Shown: positions 1 to 13,662 of the stretch, in pieces | How positions within the stretch are numbered: position 1 is the stretch's first letter | How the letters are laid out: each line of letters begins with the position of its first letter | The notes under the pieces: model-generated | The model's input: only the letters and a program-made list of their open reading frames with translations | Told to the model about the DNA's origin: nothing | The model's database searches: none | Assembly (NCBI GenBank): GCA_964016885.1 | Contig: OZ024740.1 | Location: forward strand, 136,214,001-136,278,000 | DNA length: 64,000 nucleotides | From: Eledone cirrhosa | Lineage: Eukaryota | Direction: 5' to 3' | Position numbers and translations under genes: made by a program

Positions 1-863
1 CATCTCCTCCTAAACCGTACGTTCAAATTTCGGTGAAAATGCTCCACTTATAGATGAAGGTCCAGCAGAGACATCGGTCAAAAAAAATTTTCAAATCGAC
101 CCACGCCAAGTGCAAAAATCGAATTTGTAATGTATTGATTTTTCAGTTCAAATGTATAAATACCGTTGAGAGACGAGTTATTTCCCTTTTATGGCGTCAT
201 TTGTTTATCTATTTACGTTACGAACAAACTACAAGTGCAAAGGTACAAAAAATACACGAACAGTTTTCGGGCCAGCAATATTTTAACCTGCAAAATTCAT
301 GAGTTCGAAATTTCAACATTAAGCTTCCATTTTGCTTCATTTCCATTAAAAAGTCTTTTAAAACAATATTTTTACTTGAAAACAAGCCTATTTGAATACT
401 TCGTAAAACAAGCAAATATTTTGTAAAAAAAACCATTGATCTCGAATAAAGCCTTATGAGATTTTCATTTAGAAGCAATGATTTTAAACGACAGACAGAT
501 AACGCATTTTTTATTTTTTGTTTTTCATGTCCATCCAATTTATTTGTTTCAAAATAACTGATAGTTTGGTTACGCTGATGTTTTTCTCTGAGACAAGTGT
601 TGCAGTGTTTACATTTTCGATTTTTGTTAATAGATTACCAGTGCAGTTTTTTTCCACAGCATCCTCTTTTGTTTTAACATTCGGGTTATGGTTATGTTTT
701 CTTAACTTCATAAGGCATACTGTTGGTTGAGGGAATATTAATCAAAAGTACATGAAAGTCTACACTGTAGACTCTACAGTTTTTAAGCCAAGAAAGGAAC
801 TTAACATTGTAACTTTAACACAGCTACTGAGCAGCCCCGAGCAACGCCGGGCTTTACTGCTAG
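1..863 (+). mobile_element. Non-autonomous Helitron, 3' part (5' end outside window)
   Basis: Ends in hairpin cccgagcaacgccggg followed by ctttactgCTAG|T (860-864), the same terminus type as at 38804 and 56168. Confidence 0.7.
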
Positions 864-969
864 TATATATACCTATCGATCTCGACTTTCATCAAATCGG
901 ACCGAGGAAACAATGTTTCCATTGGTCTTTCCAGTTGCTAATACTATCTATCGGTCGCAACTCCAGGTA

Positions 970-1090
970 GAAGGAGCAACGTGAAATAAAGTGTCTTGCT
1001 CAAGGGGCATAACGCATCGCCCGGTCCAGGAATCGAACTCACCTCAAGATTGTGAATCCAATTCTCTAACCACTCATCAACACGCCTTCA
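970..1090 (-). mobile_element. tRNA-derived SINE family B fragment
   Basis: Reverse complement has the B-box GTTCGATTCC and ttgagcaagacactttatttcacgttgctcc, shared with 46955-47240. Confidence 0.65.
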
Positions 1091-1092
1091 CT

Positions 1093-1160
<68 letters not shown>

Positions 1161-1163
<3 letters not shown>

Positions 1164-1348
1164 GTTTCTACGTTAGGCACAAGGCCAGCAATTACCCAGT
1201 GTATTACTGGTACTTCATTTTATCGACCCCGTAAGGATGAAAGGCAAAGTTAACCTCGGCGGGATTTGAACTCAGAATGGCAAGGGCCGTAACTCTATGC
1301 GTCAAAGCATGGCGTCCGACCCTCTACCGATACTGCCAATCCACTGCC
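1161..1348 (-). mobile_element. tRNA-derived SINE family A copy
   Basis: Near-identical to 28444-28630. A-box-like TGGCAGTATCGG, B-box GTTCAAATCC, tail ...agaaacaattat. Confidence 0.85.
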
Positions 1349-1357
1349 TTTATATAA

Positions 1358-2386
1358 TGAGTAGCAGCAAGTGCCCACAAAATACTAACTCTTTCAATTG
1401 CGCAGAGGGTTCTATAGAAATAGTGGACAGCTTCCGTTACCTGGGTGACAAAATCAGCAGTGGGGGAGGGTGCTCTGAAAGTACAGTAGCTAGAGTCAGA
1501 ACTGGATGGAAAAAGTTCAGAGAGCTTATACCACTATTAGCCGCTAAAGGGTTCTCCCTAAAAATGAAAGGCAGGTTGTATGATGCCTGCATACCAACAG
1601 CAATGTTGCATGGCAGTGAGACCTGGGCATTGTGTGCAGAGCATATACGCAGACTAGAGAGGAACGAAGCTTGCATGCTCCGCTGGATGTGTAATAGTAA
1701 TAAATGTGAACGGCAAAGCATAAACGAACTAAGGAAAAAATTAGAAATAAGAGGGATCAGATGTTGTTTACTCGAGAGAAAGCTACGTTGGTATGGTCAC
1801 GTGATGCGCATGAAAGACGACAGCTGTATAACAAAGTGCAGGGCAATAAAGATAGACGGTAGCCACGGAGTAGGCAGACCCAGAAAAACCTGGGACGAGC
1901 TGATAAATTCCGACCTCACACACTTACACCTCTCCAAGACAATGTCACTGGACCGAGACCTTTGGTGGTACTCAGTAATAGAGAAGACCTGCCTTACCTA
2001 AATACAAAGTAAAACCTACTACAGTCAGTAGGCATCTCTAACAAAATACACCCCCGTCCCACCACCCCCACCCCATCCACACCGCCCCTTTCAATGTAAA
2101 GTTATGTTGGTGCCACAACATCCAGGCCGAAACAAATGAGATCGTGTAGGTGTCACGACAAAAAAAAAACACACAGTTCACGCTGTAATGTGGCCGTGTA
2201 GGCAACACGGTAAAAACCTCCCAGCCCCACACTGTAAATGTGGTTGGTGTTAGGAAGGGCATCCAGCTGTAGAAAACCCCCCAGACAGTCCTATGCGAGC
2301 AAGACAACCACTCTTGCCTCAAATGGGAAAACTCCTGTCCAAACCCATGCAAGCGTGGAACATGGACGTTAAACGATGATGATGAT
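1358..2386 (+). mobile_element. 5'-truncated RTE-clade LINE composite (RT C-terminus, 3' region, (GAT)n tail)
   Basis: ORF has IEIVDSFRYLG, MLHGSETW, LRWYGHVMRM and GRPRKTW, typical of the RTE ORF C-terminus. Ends aaacgatgatgatgat. Confidence 0.9.
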
Positions 2387-2544
2387 ATATATATATATAT
2401 GGGTTTAGATTGATATAAAATGATTTCGATCTTGTTGCTTACAATTTCAATCATTTGAATAAGCCAGTATTTTCGTTTTTTAACACAGAAAGTTGCCAGA
2501 ATAATGCAGTGAATTACTGGTAGTGGTACCACTATGACATATAT

Positions 2545-2735
2545 ATATCAGTAATTGTAAGACAGTGAATGTGTGTCTCTGCATGTCACCAATATTGAAA
2601 GTGTACATTTTTAAGCGGTGTGTATGTAAAGAATTTTATGAAAACTATATATATAAGTTGAGTATTATCAGAATAACAAAAAAATAAACTTTTCTACATA
2701 TTTGACCCCAAGGCAATGCCAGGTACCACTGCTAG
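2545..2735 (+). mobile_element. Short degenerate non-autonomous Helitron
   Basis: 3' end ccccaaggcaatgccaggtaccactgCTAG|T resembles the terminus of the 56168 element. 5' boundary approximate. Confidence 0.5.
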
Positions 2736-3049
2736 TAATAAAATAATCATAATTTATTTTAAGTGTGACAGAATATTAAATAATTTTATGAATCATAAGA
2801 ATCAATAATGTTGATAATTAACTTCAGGTTTTGTAGCAGATGGAGTATGAATCTCTCTTTAGTTTAATAGTATGATAATCTACCATAGGTAGTTTTATCA
2901 AGTTGTGATACTAACACCTCTTAGTAAGGTAAACTGAGACAATGGGAAATTCAATATCCCTACAAAACACAATACCCACAGTGGATTTGAAATAATGACC
3001 CATTACTCAGCAATCAAATATCTCATCAATTCAACTATATTACCTCTTA

Positions 3050-3325
3050 TCTCGTGGTAAGTGTGTTAGACTTACAATCATATTGTCGTGGGTTCGATTC
3101 CTGGACCATGGTGTGTGTTGTATTCTTAAATAAAACACTTCATTTCACATTGCTGCAGTATACTCTACTGAAAATTAGTACCAGTAGTAAGCTGCGGCTT
3201 TAACCCTGCGATGGACTGGCATCCTGTGCAGATGGGGGGAGTTTTGTACTGTCTGTCACTTAACACTAAGGAAACTGGGGTAAATACCAGTCCTATGAGC
3301 CTGCAGGCCCGAGACAGACTTTAGA
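3050..3325 (+). mobile_element. tRNA-derived SINE family B copy
   Basis: GGTTCGATTCC B-box; shares ttaaccctgcgatggactggc...agacagactttag with 46955-47240. Confidence 0.75.
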
Positions 3326-4604
3326 TATCACTGCTAATCAGACAAACTACTAAACTTTGCTCTACAGTAGTAATTACCAATGATTTTATAATTATTCTAA
3401 AGATAAATTCATTGAATATTTCTTTGCTGACTTTTTCATCATCATCATCATTCTATATTTGGCATGGGTTGAAGAAGTTGTCACAGTTCAAGACTAGATG
3501 GACTGGTGGGACCTCATCTTGCTCCTGTCTTTTTGTGAACATATTTTTAAAAATCTTACATGCTTTTTTCTGAGTAAGAATTTGATGACATTTACAGATG
3601 GATACCGTATTCTTTTATGTATGAATTAGGCAGAAAAACACTATGTTCAGGCATATTGTTCGCATCAGGTTCCATTCTTACTTCAAAGTTTTGTAGTTGA
3701 TAGTAGCAAGCGCATCTAGCTGTTAAAACATCTATTCAAACAATAAGTAAATTCCTATGATGAGTAAGAAGACTATCATGGGTTCTGCAAAGGTAACCAC
3801 CTGCATTAGCAAGTAGAGGGGCTTTAAAACACTTATTGTGTGCTTGGGAGTTCCAGATGTAGCATAAATCATCTCAAATTTGTAATACCAATCTTACTAG
3901 CAAAAAAATGTATACACATTTTTATTAGTATGCTGTTGATGTGTGTATACATTTTTTTGGACACCCTGATGTAAAAAAAGGAAAAGAAAAGGTGGATGGG
4001 TCCTAAAATTAATTATATTTATTATATAAATTTACTATTGATTGGATTAAATATAATTTCAAACGGTCAGGACAAAAAATTACCAAGATGTGTAAAGGAA
4101 AGGCCATAACATATAAAAAGAAAAGTAATTGTGTTATTTTAAGACAGGAATAAACCTAGTGTTTAGCACAGACACACAACAAACACAGACTTAAAATATT
4201 TGCCATCAAGCCATTTTACTGCAGCTCTAACTTTCTCTTTCTCTCTCAAAATATTTGACATGACCTGCTCTTAAGGATTTTAGTTAATAGCCAAAAGTCA
4301 TTTTCTTGTACAAATTAATAAGAAGCCTATTATAAATAGTGCAGAAATATGGACCCCTTCCAAGAGAATCAAATAGAAATAGAAATAGAAATAGAAACAA
4401 AATTCCAATGGTATACTGTCAACAGTTGAATTACTCCTTTTAGCTCTATTTCCTAAATATAAACTTCACAGCTTTCAAATGACTTTCAGTTCAATCTTAC
4501 TGCGCACTACCTTAAACAAGTGTCTTCAACTATAGCCTCAAGCCAACCAATATCTTGTGATGAAATTTGATAGACTGAAACTGAGAAAAGTTGTTGTATA
4601 TATC

Positions 4605-5110
4605 ATCATCCTGATTATCATTTAATGTCAATTTTTCCATGCTTGCATGGGTTGGATAGGTCATTTCCAGTACAGTAACTCTACACTTGTTGCAATCCTT
4701 TGTCATCTCTTCTGTGAGCTTCAGTGATTTCAGATCATCTCATACATCTGCCCAGGTCTCCCTAAGCCTCCCTTTACTGTAGTTCTCTTCCCACTTCTTC
4801 ACCCAACAATTATCATCCATATATACATTACATGAACATACCAGTCCAGTCTTCTCTACTGCACACATATAATTCCTATTATATGCAGCATTTCTCTCAG
4901 TTCATCTATGCTTTGTTTTTCAAGCACATTAACATTGCACAGCCATCAGAACATTCATGCTTCATTTCTCTCAAGCCTTCACATATCCTCTGCCTCACTA
5001 TCATACATCACACATTGCACACAGGCATTATGCAGCCAGCCTTTTTTCGTAGAGAGAAACCTTTTGTTGTCAACAGAGGTAAAAGCTCCCTGAACTTTTT
5101 CCATTCTAGC
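4605..5110 (-). mobile_element. Degenerate RTE LINE 3' fragment
   Basis: Reverse complement of the RTE tail (ccatgcaagcatggaaaa...gatgatg) and of decayed RT C-terminal coding sequence. Confidence 0.65.
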
Positions 5111-5117
5111 TACTAAT

Positions 5118-5287
5118 AATTGTTTCTACTTTGAGCACAAGGACAGTGCATTACTGGTGCTTTATTTTATTGACGCCGTAACGATGAAAGGCAAAACTAA
5201 CCTCGATAGGATTTGAACTCAGAACGTAAAGGGCCATAACTCTATGCTGCAAAGCATGGTATCTGACGCTCTACCGATACTGCCAAT
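5118..5287 (-). mobile_element. SINE family A copy
   Basis: Same sequence family as 1161-1348. Confidence 0.8.
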
Positions 5288-5740
5288 GCTAAGTGTACCA
5301 CAGTCGTTTATATGTGTGTGTGTGTATAAACAATATACATAGCCAAGAGATCGGACTTTGAAGCGCTGAGCATATAGAATTAATGTAAAGGATGATGTCC
5401 TCATATACAGAGACACCATAAAATAAGGTGAAGACTCTTAATGGCTGGAAAAAGAAGTTGCCATTGGCCGCTATGAGGAATTGAACCTTATATCTTCCAG
5501 ATACCAGCTAAGTATATAGATATTTGTGTGTATCCCACATGAAGATGTACAGTATATACAATATTTAGAAACAAAGTATAGTTTGGTTTCAAGAAGAGCA
5601 TAGAAAAACTACCTCCCAAAATATTTCATCCACCCCATGACAGCACAGAAAAAAATTGATGTAAAACTAGTGGTGTTGATTTGAACCTTGAGAGGGATAT
5701 AATTGAAATAAGAAAAATTACATCTTGATTTTCTTACAAA

Positions 5741-5746
5741 TTTATT
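5741..5746 (-). terminator. Candidate polyadenylation signal of BCAS2 (AATAAA)
   Basis: tttatt on + strand about 210 nt downstream of the stop codon. AT-rich context, so only a candidate. Confidence 0.4.
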
Positions 5747-5954
5747 CATAAAAGAACATTGAAAATAGAAATGTACAGGGGTTTTAACATATTCTCCAGA
5801 TTCCTTGGAAGCTAGAAAAGAAGAAAAAAAACAATCATAAATTAAGGATAATTTCCAAATAATAAATTAAAACCAATACTTACAAAATAATTTACTCACC
5901 ATTGTCAGTGATTCTTTAAACATCTCAATATGACAAATTGTGAAGAGGGGAATA

Positions 5955-6054
5955 TCAAAATGCTATCTTCTTTTTCTCTGCCTCAAGCATTTCTTTCTCC
6001 AGTTCTGCACAAGCTCTTTCTATCTCATAATTTTTACTAACTAGGCCTACCCAT
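5955..6054 (-). CDS. BCAS2: BCAS2 exon 7 (last coding exon, TGA stop)
   Basis: WVGLVSKNYEIERACAELEKEMLEAEKKKIAF*. Acceptor ttacag. The seven exons sum to 633 nt = 210 aa plus stop. Confidence 0.96.
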
Positions 6055-7289
6055 CTGTAAAATAAGGGAAACTTTACATCAGGAGAAGTTAACATTACTC
6101 AAATTAACACTTACACATGGTGGTGCCCCAGTATGGCCTCAACCTGTCGGCTGGAACAGGTAAAAGAGTGAAAGAGTATACATTTAAACCCATAAATATT
6201 AACCCACCCCTGGTCACTCAGTCGGCAAGAAATAGCAACGAAATTTACATCAAATCACAGCCTTAAAGAAAAGGACATAGTCATACTTTAGACTACTTTA
6301 TCGATTATGTGTGAAAAATAGCCTGGATAGTCACAGCTGGTATGCTTGGTCATGATAAAATTAGTGCTCAGGACATCAATCTATATATATTTGTTTCCAG
6401 ACTGTTCTGAGACCGCATAATTAAAGCCTAGCTTACAAGTTTCTTGTATTTTTATTACAAGAGAGAAGCTTCTGGACAATTATTTCTATTGTCTCTGCCA
6501 CCGTCATCATTTTATGTCTGTTTTTCTATATTTGCTACACCGTCCTTGGTGCTATTTATGCATTCGCTTGAAAATATTTCCAACAAATTTTTATAATTTG
6601 AACTTTTTAATACATAAATAATAGCCATACACATACGCACGTGCACATACATGTTTTTCTCACACAATATATTTTTTCTTTCAATCTTCTAATATTTTAT
6701 TGCTCTCTTTCTCTCTCAACCTCTCTTTTTCTTGCTCTGCCTCCCATCACTCTCACTTACTGTCTCTCCCTCCCTCTTCAATTTTTTGCTTTCGAAGTAC
6801 TCCTAGCATGTGAGTGGCCGGAAGTAAACTTGTTGAAACAGAATGGAAACTCATTATGCAATGGAATTGTGAAACAAATACCATACTCTAAACGACACTT
6901 AAAACATTTTAAAATATCAAAATATTAAAACTTCATAAACATATTTTATACTCAATAATTTCAAAACCACACCATCTAAACATGTGTTGATTAGCTGCCT
7001 CAGCTTATAAATGGAGTTTGGATTTTTGCCTATTTCTCAGACATAAAATAGGGAATGGACTTATATTTAAGTATATATGGTATATGTTATCTCCAACACC
7101 AATATGTTGCTGTCTCTGTCGCTCTCTCTATTTCTCTCCCTCTCACACAATAGCCCATTCATATTTGCTTATTTCTCTTTTTCTCTCTCTAAATGTAATG
7201 CATTGGGTAATTTCTCTCTCTAAATGTAATGCATTGGGTAATTGCTGGCCTTGTGCCTAAAGTAGAAACAATTATTATTATTATTATTA

Positions 7290-7580
7290 GTTTTATTTTT
7301 ATTACATGTCATCACTGCATTACTGAGCACAGCTCTGGGCATCTTGGGTATGTGCAGTGTGGTTTTTGGTGATGGTGTTTCTATTGTGTTGAGAGTACTC
7401 ATCATAATATGTGAGCAGTGCTTAGCAGTTCTATTTTTTGTATGCTGTATATATTTGTGAGTCCTGGGGTTTTGGTTATGTATCTGTCTCTGTTTTTTTT
7501 ATCATTCCCAGAGCACCTATTGTTATAGGTATTGTTTGTGTTTTCAGCATCCATATACAGATTATTTCCATCTCTAGCCC
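7290..7580 (-). mobile_element. R4/Dong-like restriction-endonuclease LINE, 3' fragment
   Basis: Minus strand reads LEMEIICIWMLKTQTIPITIGALGMIKK...IQKIELLSTAHI, the typical R4-clade C-terminus, and ends at (AAT)n. Confidence 0.7.
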
Positions 7581-7869
7581 CTTAACAAACAGTAACTGTT
7601 GCTACTTGCTTGCAATACCACTCCTGAAGGTGATTCTCACCAACCTCTCAATGGGTATGCCATAGTGATGGCTGCCTACTGAACCAAATATATTCATAAT
7701 TATCACTGTAAAAATAAATTACCCCACTAATGGGTGGAATAAAGTAATTGGTATAATTTGCAGAATTAATGTATTAACTGGCTATAATTTATATAAGTAG
7801 TGTATTAACTGACTATGATTTGTATAGTTAGGATTTATATACATTTATTGGTATCTTGGGAGCAGACAA

Positions 7870-10575
7870 GGGCTCCATAAGGAAGGTAACCCATCTAGGA
7901 GAGCAGTAACTCTAAACAACATTGTATGAGGTAGACATGAATTCCATAAGTCATAGCAAAGGCAACTCATTTAGGAGAACAGTCACTCTGAATGAAAACT
8001 GACATAGGGTAAAGAGTACCCTTAATCCTGTCATCTCTCTAGTGCTGGTAGCATGTTAAAATGCACTCAGGCCACACTGTAAAGTGGTTAGTGATAAGAT
8101 GGGCATCCAATCAAAAATATCTTGCCTAAAATTATGAAAAGCACAACACATAATATACACACTAATTGCATATACAAGGCTAATACTAATCATGTTAGTG
8201 CTGTGCACAATAGTGGGGTGGTTGACTTAGCCATGTGTGAGAACTCCTCAACCATCATCAAGCGATCACACACACATTCCCTTTCAGGCTTAGAAAACAG
8301 CTACTAAAAAACGATCCAACTACCACTGTCAGGTCAACACATCTCAGGGCTGCCACACTTAATATTGGCACACTGAAAGGTAGATTCACAGAAATTGTGG
8401 AGAATGTTGAGCAGAGACAGGAGATGCTGGAGAAAGCCTCAGTCAGACTCCTCATAGGTAAACAGCATAGATATAAAATTTTCTGGGTAGGAAATTATAA
8501 TGGGGTGGGTGGAGTTGGCATTTTAATAAATGAGAAGTATATAGATAAAATGATTAAGGTAGTTACAGAATTATCATGTTCAGTATATTCATAGGTAATA
8601 AAATAACAAAAGTTATCTCTCCATTGCACCTCAATCAAGACTAAATAAAGAACAAAAGAACTATTTCTATGAAGACCTCTTACAGATGACAGCAAATTCA
8701 TTATCCTAGCTAGTGACTTCAATGGACATATTAGTCAATAATAGGATGGCTACTTTTGAGTGCACAGTGGCCTTAGATAAGGCTCAAGAAATGAAGAGGG
8801 ATCAAGGCATCTAGAATTTTGCAATGCAAATGAACTATTTGTAACACTAACTTCAGGAAACTGGCCAACCATGTTGATCATCTATCAATCAGGCGAACAC
8901 AAACCAGATTGCCTTCTTGTTAGAAAACAGGATAGCCAGATGATCATGAATGTTAAGTCCTTTCCCAGAGAAGAATATATCCTTCAAATTAACCCTTTAG
9001 CATTTAAACTGGCTGTATCCGGCCAGGATACTCTTACCCCTTTCTGTTCAAACCGACTGTAGACGACCACTCATACTGATGTTAAGGTATTGTTCTCAGA
9101 ATAAATAATATCAAAATCTCATAGATTCGATATTATGTGAGATAAGGCCTTTACCATGAAAATACAATAGTAAATATAGAGTAATGTAAATGCTAAAGGG
9201 TTAAGTTAATTATCAGTGATGTCAGAATAAGAACAAGATGAAATTAGAAACACAGAAAAACCTGTGGAAGCTGAAACCATCTGAAGTAGGAGTTGAGCTA
9301 GTTACCTATATAGTCAATTAGATAATACATGATGGTATAATACATGATTGTATCATACCTAATGATTGACAGAGCAGTTTAATCATTAACTGTAACAAGG
9401 GAAAATGAGTTGCTCTAGAAAGGATTAACTATATAGGCATAAAACTGATTGATCAAGTTATGAAAGTGACAATGTGTGTTTGCACAACTAATTAGGGAAA
9501 GAATCAAATTAGATGTGATGCAGTTTGGATTTGTGTCAAGAAGAAGCACCACAGATACTTTTTTCTTAGACAACTACAAAGGAAGTTCCTAGCCAAATAT
9601 AAGTCACTATAACTTTCATTGATCTGGAGATGACTGAGTACCATGATCTGTTACCTGGTGGTTGTTAAGGAAACTGGGTGTAGATGAGTGGCTTGTGAGA
9701 TCAATGCAAACCATGTACAGAGGAGCTGTCAGAAAACTGAAAGTAGCTAATGAGTTTAGTGAGGGACTCAATGTAAATGTTCATCAGGGTTCAGTCCTCA
9801 ACCCACTTGTTTATTATAGTCCACCAGGTAAAAACAGAAGAATTTAAGACCAGCTACCCATGGGAACTTCTGTAATTCCTAATCTGAAAACAGAACTTAG
9901 AATCAAAAGGGTTCAGAGTAAATTTGGCAAAGACCAAAGTTTTAATAAGTAAGAAAAAAGAAAGGACATTAGTCCTGTCAGGAAAGTGGCTATATATAAA
10001 AAAGGAGCAGGTAGGAACTCTATATGATGTACACAATGTAAAACATGGATACACAAAAGGTGTAGTGGAATTGTAGGCAGACTAACAGAAAAGATAGATC
10101 TTATATGTGGGAGATGCCCAGGGATAGTTAGTAGTACGAGCCCCAGTGAAATAAAAATGTTCCAATCCCAGGAAGGCTCAATAGAAATAGTGGATAGCTT
10201 CTGTTACCTATGTGGCCTAATTAGCAGTGGAGAAGGTTGCTCTGAAAGTATAGTAGCTAGAATAAGAACAGGATATAAAAGATCAGGAAGCTATTACCTC
10301 TGTTGACAACAAAAAGGTTTCACCCTATGAATAAAAGGCCAACTGTATGACACCTGCTTTCAAAGTAAAATGTTGCATGGGAGTGAAATATGGGCAGTAA
10401 ATGCAGAGGTTATGTGAAGGTTGGAGAGAAATGAAGTGAGCATGGATGAGCTGGGAGAAAAACTGATTATAAGAGGAATTAAATGTAGCATGTGACAGAG
10501 AAGACTGCACTAGTATAGATGTGATGTATATGGAAGATGTTTGTTGGGTGAAGAAGTGGGAGGAATTCCCAGTAG
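7870..10575 (+). mobile_element. Decayed near-full-length RTE LINE in BCAS2 intron 6 (antisense to host)
   Basis: APE remnants (ATLNIGTLKG, SDFNGHI) and RT remnants (YIGIKL, QFGF, LGVDEWLV, VHQGSVLNPL) with many stops and frameshifts. Confidence 0.8.
8993..9200 (+). mobile_element. piggyBac-type MITE nested in the RTE
   Basis: TIRs ccctttagcattta / taaatgctaaaggg flanked by a TTAA duplication. Confidence 0.8.
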
Positions 10576-10869
10576 ATGTTGATCTTTGTTCACAATTAAT
10601 AACACTGCAGTCAGATACTTAAAAGCTAAGGTTGCACCTTCCTTAAAGCCAACACTGAATAAAGTGCCAATAACATTTTTTCACTACTCTTTCATTGCCA
10701 TATTTTTAATGAAAAACACTTCCAGTGATTTTCAAATCATTTGAAAAATAATTGAGAATTAGAAGGAATTTAGTCAAATAACTTTCTCATTATTAACCTG
10801 GTGTTTAGAGTATAACTTAACAAAGGTTCTTACATAAAATTATGATGGAAGATTATATATATACCTTAA

Positions 10870-11068
10870 CCCTTTACTCTATATATACTATTGTATTTTC
10901 ATGGTAAAAGCTTTATTTCACATAATCATCTCACATAATATCGAATCTACAAGATTTTGATATTATTTATTTTGAGAACAATACCTTAACATCAGTATGA
11001 GCAGCCAGTTTGAACAGAAAGAGGTGAGAGAATTCTGGCAGGATACAGTCGGTTTAAATGCTAAAGGG
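10870..11068 (-). mobile_element. piggyBac-type MITE, inverted copy
   Basis: Reverse complement of 8993-9200; ttaa/ttac flanks. Confidence 0.75.
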
Positions 11069-13581
11069 TTACAATAAGCAGTTTTATATCATAGAAATAG
11101 GGCCAATTTCAGATAGTTTGGTATCAAACCATTTGTGGCCATCCTTATAGCTTTATGTTTTTATAGATTTATTTATGATCTTATAGAATTTATAGATTGC
11201 TAATACAGAATTTTATCTATATACCAACAGTCAAGTTTGTAAGCTACTACAAACACTTTTTTTTATTTGAAACAACTGCAATTAATAACTATTGCAAATA
11301 ATGATATTTTAAAACCAATAATGTCTATGTGAAGTGTGGCACAGGTGTAGTGAGGTGTAATTTGGGTTAAAATAGAGGCTATGAGTAAAACAAAAAGGTT
11401 GAAAATCACAACTTTAAGCTATCTTGCACAGCAACTCATATGTTGAAGTTCAAATTCTGTTGGACTTGATCTAGTCTTTCTCTCACAAAAATCAATAAAA
11501 TAAGAATTATATATATGAAATGAGTTAACTGTAACATCTTACAAGAAGGGCTAAAAATTAATAAATACTTATTAGATAGTTGATGATATACAGTGAATAC
11601 ACCCTCTGCCCCAATCCCCTGTACACACTGTAAAGTGGTCGTTTTGGTGTCACGGCAAACTTGGGCTTTCAGTCTCTGTAGACAACTCTTTTCCTGGACA
11701 TGACATTAGTCTGTTGTAGGTAGCCTTGCCTAGATGTTAGGAAGCTGAACTTCAAGAAAAGTTAGATATAAAATTAACAACTCTTCCAAGAAGCACAACG
11801 AATCAACTGCAACAGATTCCATGTACAAAATATGCTTTTTTAATCTAATTGCTTGCTTTACGCTCAGTTTTGATAGTGTTTTTATTCTTGAAACCATTTG
11901 AAATTAGTAAAGTTTATTCTTTTTCATTTTCCTGAGGAGATACATGTTATAGGTAATATATATGGTGTAGATAATTGATAACTAATTATTTCCAGTTGTT
12001 CTGCAAAAGCATGAGCCATTGTAACCGTATTGAAACAGACAGAGATAAAGGAATAAATGTAAGTTGTTAAACTTGTTTTTTTTTGTCATATTCAATATAT
12101 ATATACATACATATCATCATCTTCTAGCTTATTTTCAACAGCTGGATGTCTTTCCTAACACCAACCACATTTACAGTGTGTGCTGGGTATTTTTGTTGTG
12201 ATACTTACACAACCACTTTATAGTGTGGTCTGGGTGCCTTTTATCATGGCACAGTAATGACCACTTTACTGTGTGGGCTGGGTGCCTTTTGCCGTAACAC
12301 CAAAACGACCACTTTACAGTGTGTACAGGGGATTGGGCAGAGGGTGTAAAGGTGTGGGAGAAGAGTGGGGTGATTAGGAGGTAGGTGGAGTGTTGAAGCA
12401 TAGGAGGTATATGGAAGGGGGAGGAAGGATAGGGGTTGAGTGGTGCATATTAGATGTATGCTTCAACCCGTGCGCATGGGAATATATATATATATTATAT
12501 ATATATATCTAAGCTTCCAGTTTGACTACCCTTTTAATGACAACTAAATGTATATTTTGATAAATCCTGTGAAAGATGAAAGTGTTAGGCTCAAATTATA
12601 AACAGTATTTTTTAAATTATATTTTTTACCAATGTGATAATGTTTTATGCTTCTGACAATTATACTTTAACACACACACATAACATTTAAGCATCAACTA
12701 TTAACCTATTATTGTCTTTATGAACACTACCACCACTCTGCTTATCTGGCAACATATAAGCACATATGCATGCATAGTTCATTTCAACTAATGTGGAATT
12801 TACTGAATTTTATTCCAACTAATATACACTAAACCATTCTTTCTCTTGTAATAGCACTGTCATATATTCAGTGCTCCAGCTTTTAAACTTTACAGCCACC
12901 AGGCTTCCCTAAATTATTTAATTTCACATTAAAAACACAACATATTAAACAAATGCTATATTCTGTCCATATTCTCTAGAATATATAATTTAAATATCTA
13001 AAATGCTAAATATTTTAGTAATATTGAAACACTGAAGCTTCTAAATAAAATATGAATATACAAGATTAGTAATTTATTAAGTTATTAAGCAATATTAGAA
13101 GAGAGCTTTATCACTGGCAATTCAATATAAAATCAATAGTAGGAAATATGTATAATATGTTAGGTTGAGCTGTGAATATTGGTCAGTTAGTACCCTAGTT
13201 AATTATCCTGTGCTTCACAGAATACTCTTAGAACATAAGCAGTAGAGTTTTGTTAGGAACATTTAGATGCTGTATAATGATGTGCAACTTACATAAATAG
13301 ACATTTGGGGTTAAAACATGCATATATAACAATATAACTTTTCCTTTTATTTACTATATAACACAAAGGAAACTCCTTGTCAATGTACCTCGTTCGTTTA
13401 CCAACATCAAAAACACCAACCTCATACAAAATTTCGTTTTAGGAATACCTAAACAGGCTGCTATTTATTCTTTCATGCAAAATACATGTACATGCACATA
13501 AAAACATAAATGAATATTAGTATATTTACAATTGAAAAATATATTCAGCAACAATGATAATAATTACAAATAAACACTTAC

Positions 13582-13662
13582 TGGCTTTCTAAATCTTTTA
13601 GTTTACCTCCAGCTTCAGTTTGTTCATTTTTTCGTTGCCAATTAATATCTTGAATTTGTTTC
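13582..13662 (-). CDS. BCAS2: BCAS2 exon 6
   Basis: KQIQDINWQRKNEQTEAGGKLKDLES(Q). Acceptor ctgcag, donor gtaagt; 81 nt. Confidence 0.96.

Noticed and set aside
1297-2001. 234-aa ORF as a host gene
   Set aside because: The start lies in an antisense SINE; the rest is a truncated RTE RT C-terminus.
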